From NCBI GenBank assembly GCA_043228905.1, contig JBHGNT010000002.1, positions 18,228,001 through 18,292,000 of the forward strand: 64,000 bases of DNA, given 5' to 3'. The notes beneath the pieces were generated by a model. That model ran no database searches and was not told the DNA's origin. It saw nothing but the letters and a program-made list of their open reading frames with translations. Source of the stretch: Azolla caroliniana (taxonomy: Eukaryota > Plantae > Polypodiophyta). Shown one piece after another: positions 1-10,849 of this stretch (the stretch's first letter is position 1; each line of letters starts with the position of its first letter). The position numbers and the translations under genes were made by a program.

Positions 1-1113
1 CTGATGGAAGAGGCGGCGGCCCGGCACGCGGAGACCGTCTACTACTCAGTGTCAGCCGGTATTCGGGTCGGAGGCAGCGAGGCCCGGAAGGAGAGCAAAG
101 CCGGGTTCTGGCCGACGGTGCTGGAAGGCCTCGCCGGTGCCCGACTAAAGAAAGACGAGGCGGACCGCGCGGAGAAGCGGGTCCAGGAGGTAACCGGGTC
201 GAGTGACTCGGTCGAAGAAAAGACGGGTTTCGTCGAAGCAGCTTGCTAGAACTACGAGGCTCTGGTTGAAGACAAACGGGTAGATAAAACCGGAGGGGTC
301 GGACCCTCGCAGAGATACGAAACCCGATTCGGGTCAAAACGGAACGAGGCCGGTGAGTCCAGTGCCCGGGACAACCACAAGAAGGGCGGATACCATTTGG
401 GCACGGAGATCGAAAGGACCACGGACCTACGAAAGGTCCTGGAAGGACAAATCCTCGACAGCAAGGTGGAACTGTCGTTGCGGGAGGTGCTCAGAATCGC
501 CAAGAAGGAGTTCCACGACTCCATCGTAGACTTGGTAAAGAGGAAGAGGCTGTCGACGGAGGCAGAACCGGAAAGGCCGGTGGAGGTGCGGACGACACAC
601 ATAGAGGACATGGCACTGGAAGACGAGTGGGCGGAGAGCCACTATTCGAGGCCACACTGGGCCCGAGCGACCACAGAAAGCCCGGTGAAGATCGGAGATG
701 TTCAGGAACCGGTGGTGGCGCTGGTAGACCACGGTTCGGAAATAAACCTGATGTCCATGGACTTCTACAAAAAGGGGAAATGGGCGATCAACACCAAGCA
801 CGGGTGGAAGATACGGGCGGCGACGCGCGCCACAGAGGAACTACACGGGGCCTGCCCAAACGTGCGAGTCAAGATCGGCGACGTCGAGATAGACCAACAC
901 TTCTTTGTGCAGGAGACGTCCTCGCACCTGGTCATACTAGGAGAACCGTACATTACGGCAACACGGATGGAGACCAAGGTGCTGGACAACGGGTCGGCTT
1001 ACGTGAGGGTCAAGAGTCAGGACGGGCGTCATTCAGTCCAGTTCCTGACGGTGCGACCGAACCATGAGCGAAACCGCAAGTCCCTCAGTGGCGAGAACCG
1101 AGAGGATTTTTAG
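1..1113 (+). pseudogene. ORF1, gag C-terminus plus aspartic protease
   Basis: ORFs 4..249 and 397..1113 are in the same frame, split by TAG 247-249. Protease motif LVDHGSEINL and ILGEPY are present. Confidence 0.85.
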
Positions 1114-4100
1114 AGAGGGCTGCCAAGGCGTGGGGCCGCGACAGTCCGGACACTTCGGGAAACCCCCACAAATGTATGATAGAGACGAAACCGAAGAAGC
1201 CTTGTACCATAAGTAGGAAGTTTTGTTTCTCCGACAACTAAGGGTGTACGATAGTCGGCGTCGCTGGCCGAGAAAAGACAAGGGCGGAAGAGAGACTTTG
1301 GGCATGCGGAGTTCTCGGGCCCAGCGAAGAAATCAACGGTGCCGTGGAGGCGGTCTCCTTCGACGACACCTTGGGAATACTACGAGAGGTGGTCAGAGAG
1401 GGCCTTAAAGAGAACCGGATGATACCGGTTTGTTCAGAAGAGATGTACGAAATCATCGCGGACTTCAGTCGAGGGCTCGAGTCGGATCGGACGGCCCGGG
1501 TTAACACGAAGTATAAGACTGTGGACCGGAAGGTAAGGCCAGTCGCGGCACCCTTACCAGAGGGCAGCGAGTTGCGAATCAAGGGGGTCGCGTCAGACCC
1601 CAGTTTACGAGATCCGGCCAGCATAGGACACACCTTCACCGACAGAACGCTACGGGAGCTCAAAATCGGTGGGGGCGGGTTCCTACTGCCGGCGGAAGAA
1701 GACCGGTTTCGGAGAATGCTCGGAAGGCATGGGAAAGCCTCCTCTCACCGGGAGAGATCGGGTACGTAGACCCGACAGTCGTGAAGCTGATGGTGATATT
1801 CACGGTACCGCATGTGCCGTGGAATCTCAAACCAATTCCGGTACCGAGAGCTCACATCCCGGAGCTGATGGAGCTGTTGAGGCAGAAAGTTGATATGGGC
1901 ATCCTCGAACCGTCGAGTGCCCCGTACTCGAACCGGTGGTTTACCGTACCAAAGATGAACGGGACGTTGCACTTCATTCAAGACCTACAACCGGTCAACA
2001 GAGTGACCACTCGAAACGCAGGAATCGGACCAACGATAGACGAGTTTGCGGAGGCCTTCGCCGGAAGGTCGATCTACTCGGTCGGTGATCTGTACTCGGG
2101 GTACGATCAGTTACAACTAACCGTAGAGAGCAGAGACATTACGACGATGCGGACTCCTCTCGGCCTAGTGTGGATGTGTACCCTGCCACAAGGAGGGACG
2201 AACTTGGTGGCCCACAGGGTGAATGCGATGAACAACGTGCTGAGGGATTGTATCCCGGACATCACCATGCCATTCTTGGAATACATCCCGATCAAGGGAT
2301 GTCCGGTGGAGGAAAAAGACGAAACGATCAGACCAGACGGATGCCGGAGATTCGTAGCGACACACATTGACGACTGCGAGAGGGTGCTGTAGAGGCTAGA
2401 GGACGCGAGGCTCACCTTCTCCGGGGAGAAATCGGCCTTCGGGCAATCAGAGATCATGGTCGTCGGACATCTATGCGGACCGTATGGCCGGAAACCGTCC
2501 CCGGCTAAGGTGGAAGCCATCTCCGCAATGAAACCCGACTGTAACTCGGTCACGAAGGTACGGATGTTCTTGGGAGCATGCGCGTTCTACCACATATGGA
2601 TCCCGCACTACGCCCACGTTGCCGAGCCGCTATACGGGTTGCTAAAAAAGGGGCGAGACGAGCATACGGAGTCGGTCTGAAAGATGAAGGAGGCTCTTGC
2701 TGCAGCTCCGGCGCTCCGGAAGGCTGTCTACGAGAAAGGAACTCCCATCTACATAACGGTAGATACAAGTCCGACCGGGATCGGATGGGTCGTCAACCAA
2801 GGAGATGAGAACGGTATTCGGTTCCCAATCCGGTTCGGCGCGAAGGTCCTCAGCGAGCGACAACGAGGATACGCCCAGGTTAAACGCGAACTCTGGGGTA
2901 TCGTTTTGGCGGTGAAGGCCGATAAAGACTATCTGATCGGGCCAGTGGTAATTATCGAGACGGACTGCCTGCCGATTCTCGGCATGGTTTCCGGATGCGC
3001 AACCCCGGACCTGGCAATGCTCAGGTGGATAGCGTACATCAAGTCCCTGGATCCGGAAATACGACACATTTCCAGGAAAGACAATGCCATGGCCGACATG
3101 CTTTCGAGGGCGCGATTCGACGACGAGGGCGGCATGGTTTCGGAGGACGAGGAAGTCGGCGTGGACTTCTTCGAGGCGGCTTACGTAACAACCGAGGGGG
3201 CGAGCACTCCGGCGCCTAATGATTTTAACGAGAGCAAGTACGATGGGGAGTGGCTGCAGATTGGGGGTTTCTTAAGGACGATGACGCCGGACGCGTCATG
3301 GACGAAGGACGAGGCCAACCGGATCCGGAAGAAAGCGTACCGATTCTTTCTCCGGGACGGATTCTTGTGGAAGCACCCGAAGAAGAGAAACGACATTCCG
3401 CTCCGAGTGGTGGCGATGAAGGAGGAACAAGAGGAGTTGCTGAAGGCCTACCACGACAGCCCCTGGGCTGGACACCGTGGGACGTGGGCCACGTTCGAGA
3501 AGCTAAAGGGGAAGTACTGGTGGTCGGGGCTGTACCGGGACGTGCATCGGTTCGTGACAACTTGTAAGAGCTGTCAGATGCACTCCATAGTCTGACATCG
3601 GGACGAGCTTCATCCTACTTACCCTCCGGCCATCCATTTCAAATGGATGGTAGATTTGGTGACGATGCTGATGGGCGTAGGGCAGATGCGATATCTAGTG
3701 CTGGCGCGGGAGGACCTGACGAACCAGGTGGAAGGCCGAGCCCTGCAGAACAAAACGACCGCGGCCGTGTGTCGGTTCTTGATCGAGGACGTGATATGCC
3801 GGTACGGGTGCATCGGGAAGATCGTGGCTGACCACGGGGAGTTGGATGCCGAAGAGGCCGAGGAGTTGTTCGACCGGCTAGGGGTCAAGCTCTCGCTCAC
3901 CACAGCATACAATCCGGAGGCGAACGGGAAGGTGGAACGCGGACACGGACCGATCGTCAAAGAGCTAGTCTGGGCGTGCGAAGGCCAGGTCGGGAACTGG
4001 CCACGACTGTTACCCTATGCCTTGTGGGCAGACCGGACAACGCACAGTTCGGTAACCGGGTTCACGGCGTCAGAGCTCATGTTCGGACAGAAGCCGATCA

Positions 4101-4672
4101 TGCCGATGGAACGAACGATCTCCTCTTGGGCGACAGTAGACTGGAGAGACGAGACGAGTTGGGAAGAACTGCTAGCGGCACGTATACGGCAGCTCGAGCG
4201 GAGGCCAGAGGACGTGGAACGAGCGGCGGAGAGACTTCGGATGGCGAGGATGAAGAACAAAGCCCGGTTCGACCGAACGCACCGGCTCCGACCGAAGAAA
4301 ATCGAGGAAGGCGACTGGGTGCTAGTCTACAACAGTAGCCTCGACAACCAGCACCAAGCAACACGGAAGTTTGCAAAGCGGTGGTTCGGGCCTTACGTGG
4401 TAACAAGCGCCAACGACAACGGGACGTATCACCTGGCGGAACTCGACGGTACGAGGATGGTGATACCAGTGGCAGGGAAGCGGATCAAATCGTTCAAGAA
4501 GCGCCACGACGGCGAACCGGATCTAAGAGGCCTGGACAGCGACGACGAACAGTCCGAAACGGAGGACGAACCGATGGGCGAGGAACCGGAACCCGGACCG
4601 GTTTTCTCCAACCAGAACCCAATTTTGGCGCATACCGGTGGATGCGCGGTTAGGTGGGGCCAGATGTCGTGA
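1104..4672 (+). pseudogene. ORF2 pol (RT, RNase H, integrase), interrupted
   Basis: RT motifs DLYSGYDQ, LPQG and a degenerate FLEY at the YxDD position. RNase H motifs VDTS, REL, IETDC. Integrase has the HHCC finger and D,D35E core (ADHGE...NGKVER). Stops at 1239, 2390, 2678 and 3593; frameshift near 1740. Confidence 0.9.
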
Positions 4673-5281
4673 AGAAAACCGTCCCTTAGCGCAATCGGTG
4701 CATAGCGCGTGTGAACCGGCTCTTCACGCGTGCGCACCCTTAATGTATATAATAAGGAATTAGGTACATAGGTATATCCTGGGTAGTTAGATTCGGTAGG
4801 TAGGAAGTAAATGAGGGAGACGGCTCCCTTCTTGACGCTATAAAGGAGAGGGAGACACCGGGAGAAGGGATCGCGCATTGAGGAGGACAAAGTGTTGTCG
4901 GACCATAACCGAACGCTTCTCCTCTGTTTGTTCTCTATTGCTCTTCTCTGCAAGTTTTCGGGAGGCTCACATTGCTTCGAGGAATGCCCGTGTGCTTCCG
5001 GCAGCACCTCCATCCTATCCCCTTCCATGCGCAGACGAGCAGGCATCGGCATCGCATGCTCTGTTGTTTTTGTGTCACTTGTTAATATACAAACATTCGT
5101 GTCTCTCTGTCTCGGTGTCCATTCGTGTCTTATGCGTTGACGGGTCGTGTCCCTATGTTTCTTTGCTCATACGTAACCGATCGTTTCTCTCTTTCTCTTT
5201 CCCCTCCTATCACCTGCTCTTCGGTTCAAGACCCCGATGGTCCCGCCTTGTTTCTCCACGCACGCGCGTAACAACGCGACA
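4665..5281 (+). repeat. 3' LTR of the Gypsy element (617 bp)
   Basis: Imperfect terminal inverted repeats TGTCGTG/CGCGACA, TATA-like CTATAAAGG at 4838, PPT immediately upstream. Confidence 0.85.
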
Positions 5282-5744
5282 CCGTGTCATTGACGTAGTC
5301 GAGGCCTAGTTGATAGAACTCGGTCGGCCTTTTGACTCGTCCGGACCTCCTGGATGCCAAGTTGATTGGTTCAGATCCTTCGAACGGCTCTATTGGCTGA
5401 TCAGTATTAGTTGACCCATCCTCAAGAGTCCGTCTGGATGACTCGCCCCTGCAATAGGATTTCGATGATGTTGAGTCATTCTCCCCTTCTTTGGGATTAA
5501 ATGACAGAGTGGTTGGTGCCTTGGTCGATTCAACTTTGTCCTTTCGACTCTTATCAATCTTCTAGTCAAATCAATTTCGACTAGTGGACCTCTTGCCAAT
5601 TTAGGTTCGGTAGAAATCTCATTGGCTCGGTCAATTTCGATTGTTTGTCGAATCTCCGATTCAGCCCAGTGGGTCGTTCCTTCTACGATATCTTTGTCGA
5701 TGTCAAATGAGACCTTTTTGTCGACTATTTTCTGTTGGTTCCAC

Positions 5745-6462
5745 TGTCGTAGTGTACTTTGTACATTACATGAAATATGTACGGAGTACCCGATAAAACA
5801 AATATAAAGAATTAGAAGAAAATACTAAAAAATATATATTACACGCATAGGGCAAGATTCAAACCCTATACCTTTGTGTAAGCAAACTCAAACCTTACCA
5901 TTATACTAACATATCATGAGTGTTAAAAAAATAGATATCCCACATACAAAGGTTATTTTAGTTAGAAGAAAAAACGCATGATCGAAAAACTATTCATGCA
6001 TATCTCACGTATGCATGAACACTATTATTAGAAGAAAATGCATAATAGATAAAGTGATTCATGCATATCTAATGTGCATGAACACTTTAGAAAAAGCATG
6101 ATGCTTACCATGTGGTAGACTATACTTAAGTCTCTCCCATCACTATATAAGGGTGGGAAGCAAATTGTAATAGGTTGTTGATTCTTGGGTTTTATTAATA
6201 ATTCTAAATATTGATCTAATTGATTATATTCGTGTGATTCACGATTTTCAATCTATCTTTTGTAATCTATTCCAATGTACTATTAGGATTCTAAGGGCCG
6301 ATTAATCTAATACAATACACTCGTGGGATTCACAAGGTTTCTATCTCTTCCTTACAATCTATTCTCATTCTTATTCATCTCAAATTCCCCATCCTCCTAG
6401 TCCAAAACCCTAGTGGTTCCCACCTGACTCACGTAAACGATCCGATGCCGAAATGCACGACA
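5745..6462 (+). mobile_element. Solo LTR, TGTCGT...ACGACA, 4-bp TSD CCAC
   Basis: CCAC at 5741-5744 and 6463-6466. CTATATAAG near 6143. Reverse-complement homolog at 52191-52912. Confidence 0.88.
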
Positions 6463-7406
6463 CCACATAAAGAGAATCGAGTCTTCGTTGAAGTCTAAGT
6501 CATTACTACGGATCAATTTCCGGTTCTTTGGGTCACACAACCAGTAGCCGAATTTCCCATCTAGTTCATAGCCGAGGAATATGCACTTTGTTTCATGGGG
6601 CGCCAACTTGGTCCTTTTCTCCCTAGGGATGAATACATAGGATTCGCATCCAAATATATAAAGTCTATCATAGGTCGGATGTTTTCTTGACCATAGTGCC
6701 TATGGCACTTCGAGCCGCACTACCCTCAACGGTGATAGATTTATCAGATAGACAGCCAGCCGTCTATAGTGCCTCGGCACAAAATTCCAGTTTCAATCTT
6801 GATTGTTGGAGCATTGTCGTCACCCTCTCCTGGATCTTCCGGTTGATCGTTCCGCCACGCCATTCTGCATGGGTGTGTATGGAACGTTCTTTTGGTGCCT
6901 AATCCCTTTTCCAGACAGATACTGTTTGAAGGCTTGGGAGGTGTATTCCCCTCCGTTGTCGGATCAGAGTGTCTTCACTCTGTATCTTGATCGGTTCTCC
7001 ACTTTGGTTATACATCGAGTAAAGACCTCGAGCGCTTCGTCTTTCGACCTAATCGAGTGGGCCTAGACCTTCCATGTACAATCATCTACAAATGTGATGA
7101 AGTATCAGGAGCCTCCCAGTGACCTTTCTGGCATCGCTCCACATATATCTGTGTGCACTATTTCTAGGGATTTATGTACCATTTTGTAGTGAAGAGAGTG
7201 GCTAGACTTTGGGCCAGTTTCCCATAACAACAATGTTTGCAGAAGTCCGTTTTGGTTTGGAGCTTCAGGATGTAGCCGATCGCCATCAGTCGGTGTCGCA
7301 ATAATCCGCGAGTGCATGTCGAAAGGGGCGGGACTACAAGGGTCTCAGATGAGGAAGAAAGGGATGCCATGATACTGACTCCGGACACGTACCAAGGGCA
7401 ACCGAA

Positions 7407-7460
<54 letters not shown>

Positions 7461-8439
7461 AGAGAGAGCACGCGCGCAACACCGACTCTTATGTACAGGA
7501 AACAAAGGACGGGAGCTATGCACCCGACACCATCAGAGACACCATTATGCACAAACAAACATGAATATAAATATATTAAGGGGAAGATACAACCCCGGCT
7601 TCGATTCGGGTTACATGAAGAAGAAGAAGACCTTAACCCTAACAGAGCTTTGCCGCCATGGCTGCGGCACCCAACTTCTCAAGAAGGAGGAGAAGAAGAA
7701 GACTACCAAGAAGTTACTAACCCTAGAAAAAATCTTAACTAAATGACTCTCGACCAAAATGGTATACCCTTATGACTCAAAATGGGCAACCCCTTTACAA
7801 AGGGCGCTCCCTTCCTTTATAGAACAAGGAGAGGGATGCGTAACAATGTGGGATAAATCGGTTATTACATGGGATCCTCTATCCCGAATTAACTACTGTA
7901 CGGCCCATAATGGTGCCCCTATCATTTACACAATTGTTGAGCGGCAAGCTCAACCGGAGCCGAATCGGCTGAATAAGCCGGAGCCGGTAAGCAAGACGGA
8001 TCGGGCGAAACGGATCGGTATGACGGTGAGCAACCGAACCGGCAAGCAGTGGAGGCCGGGTGCAATCCGTAACCGGCAGTCCAATCGAAAGCCTAGAAGA
8101 GGATAGACTACTAGGTATCTATAGTCTCGTAGTAAGTGTCAGATGCTCGTGTGAGCATTGAAGTACATGGTACTTCTGTCAATCCCAAGAGGACTTGTAT
8201 AAATAGTGCTACTTAGCACAGTGTGTAAACACAGAGTCTTGATATAATTTTGAAATTGTGTTCTGCTCTCTCTGTCTCTCTCGCTCTGTGTGTGTGTGTG
8301 TGTGTTGTTCTCTGTTTTACGCTTCCGCAAACACTTACGTTTACATGGTATCAGAGCGCGAGGGTTGAGAACCTCTACTGCAGACATTTACTCTTGAGAA
8401 GAAAACCCTAACAGGTCGAAAACAGACACAGTAGAAGAC

Positions 8440-10849
8440 ATGGATAGAGGCATGGCTACGTCGCTCCCGGTGGAGAAGCTCGACAGGAGCAACTACGCAT
8501 CCTGGTCTTACAAGATGCACCAGTACCTGCTTGGACACGGGTACTGGAGTTATGTCAAAGGAGCAAATGATGCAACGCCAGACTCGGCACACAAGGACTT
8601 CCCGGTATGGGAACATGCGGCAAGCAGGGTGATGTACTGCTTCGCGTCCAGTGTCGGCGATCAGCTGCTCAGCCACATCCGTGACGCCAAGACACCGAAG
8701 GATGCTTGGGGGAACCTGAAAAAGGTTTCACCGCAAGCACCACTGCCCGGAAGCTGCAACTCAGACAGGAGTTGAACAATGTTCGACAGAAGAACATGTC
8801 CGTGGCAGACTACACGGGCCGGATAAAGGAGATCTGCGACTCGCTCGCCTCTATCAATGTTACCGTAGAGGAAAACGAGATGGTGCAGGTATGTCTCGGA
8901 GGCCTGGCGTCCAAGTTCGGAGCGTTTCGGACTGCAATGTGTACAAGGGAGAATACCCCCTCATTCTTCGACTTACAGTCGATGCTCCTTATAGAGGAGA
9001 ACCACGCCGGTGCATCTACTAGTGCATCCCCGGACAGCCGAATGTTGTACACGGGAACGGATCGGTTCCGTGGGCGTGGTGGAAGAGGTGGGTCGGCACG
9101 CAATGGAGGCGGCCGGCAAGAGCAGGAACGGAGGCACTATGAGCGTGTCGACAGCAGTTTTGGGACTTCCACAAGCAGAGGGAGTCAAGGCGGTGCCGGA
9201 GGCCGGCAAGACAAATCTGCTACGGAATGCTGGTACTGTGGCAAAAAAGGCCACAGGGAAAGCGAGTGTTGGAGAAAGCGTGCCGATTCGGACAAATCCG
9301 GATCCGGCAAGACCGGTAAGGATGGCCGGCAAAACTCGCACTACGCAAACGGATCAGGAGGATCTGGTGATGAATCACAAGGCAAACTCAATGAAGAAGA
9401 CCACTTCCAAAACGGAGGAAGTGTGGTATGTTGATTCCGGCGCGTCGAACCACATGACGAGCCACAAAGAGTGGTTCTCCTTTCTGGAGAAACCGGATCA
9501 AACAGGAGTAGTCGAAACCGGAGACGACACTCCTCACCCAATCGTGCACGTCGGAGAAGTCCCTCTAAGCCACGTCGGACAGAAAGGGAAGCTGATGAAC
9601 GTATTACACGTTCCAACAATCACGAAGAACCTGGTGTCCGTCGGTCAGATTGTTGACCAGGGGATGCAGGTGCCATTTACGCACCTCGGGTGCTTCATTG
9701 AGGATGAGGGCGAAGTCATTGCGCAAGGGCGCAGAGACGGGAGGATGTTTATCCTCAACACCAATGACTTTGGCACCTCTCTGTTCGCGGAACGACAGAA
9801 GGTCGAGTCGGACATCGACCTGTGGCACAAGCGGATAGGCCACGTCAACTACCGGAGGCTTCAAGACCTGCAAACGAAACAAGTCGTTTTCGGTTTGCCG
9901 AAGTTCAGCGGCCGGAGAGCCGAAATTTGTGAAGCTTGCCAACTTGGGAAGCAACACCGGCTTCCATTCCCCACCAAACGGAACCGGAGCTGTAACAAGC
10001 TCGATCTCATCCATTCGGATGTGTGGGGACCGGACAAAGTGTAAGCCTTGGCGGGAGCCGATACTTCGTCTCCTTCATCGACGACCATACTCGACATACT
10101 TGGATCTACCTCATTGAACGGAAGAGCGAAGTCTTCGACTGTTTCCGGAGCCTCCAGAAGATGGTGGAACGGGAATCGGAGAGGAAGTTCAAATGCCTTC
10201 GGTCGGATGGCGGAAAGGAATATTTTTCCAGCCAATTCACTAGTTATCTGCAGCAGAAGGGAATTCGGCGAGAGTTCAGTTACAGATACACACCAGAGCA
10301 AAACGGTGTGGCCGAAAGGAAGAACCGGACACTCGTCGAAGCGGCAAGGGCAATGCTGGAGGAAAAGAGCATGCCCCGATTCTACTGGGCGGAGGCGGTC
10401 CAGACGGCCGTCTACATACAAAATCGCATTGGTGACAAGGTGTCAGCTCATGAGCTATATTTCGGGCGCAAGCCGAACTTAAGACACCTTCGGATATTCG
10501 GCAGCATAGCGTATGTGCATGTGCCGGATCAGAAGCGGAAAAAGCTGGATGCAAAATCGGAAAAATGCATCCTAGTCGGCTATGCTCAAGAGCAAAAGGG
10601 GTATAAGTGCTATAACCCCCGGAGTTAGCCCGAGTTAGCCGGGATGTCGAGTTCGATGAATCGGCATCCTGGTACTCCGTACCGACTCCGACTTCCGATC
10701 CCGACCCAATGCCGGAAGATCAGGCCAGTGAGCCTGAATCAGCCCTGGCAGAGGATGATGGAGCCGGGACTCAAGATGAGAGTCCGGAATCGTTACGATT
10801 GAGTGGACCGAACGAGCGATTGAGTCGGTTGGACTAGTCGGATGAAGAG
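8440..10849 (+). pseudogene. Copia gag-protease-integrase, frameshifted
   Basis: CWYCGKKGHRESEC zinc knuckle, WYVDSGAS protease, LWHKRIGH, HSDVWGP, RSDGGKEY, NGVAER. Frameshifts near 8725, 9370 and 10040; stops near 10626 and 10835. Confidence 0.92.

Larger units (their letters stand above)
1..5281 (+). mobile_element. Ty3/Gypsy LTR retrotransposon, 5' part outside the window, defective
   Basis: Domain order PR-RT-RH-INT. Purine tract AGGTGGGGCCAGA lies before a 3' LTR TGTCGTGAAG...CGCGACA (4665-5281). Copia sequence follows immediately at 5282. Confidence 0.93.

Noticed and set aside
4429-5309. ORFs overlapping the Gypsy 3' LTR as a possible env-like gene
   Set aside because: No recognisable domain; long chance ORFs are expected in GC-rich DNA.
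7164-7746. ORFs with (RE)n or (SL)n runs, also at 38047-38307
   Set aside because: They are translations of (GA)n microsatellites inside TEs.
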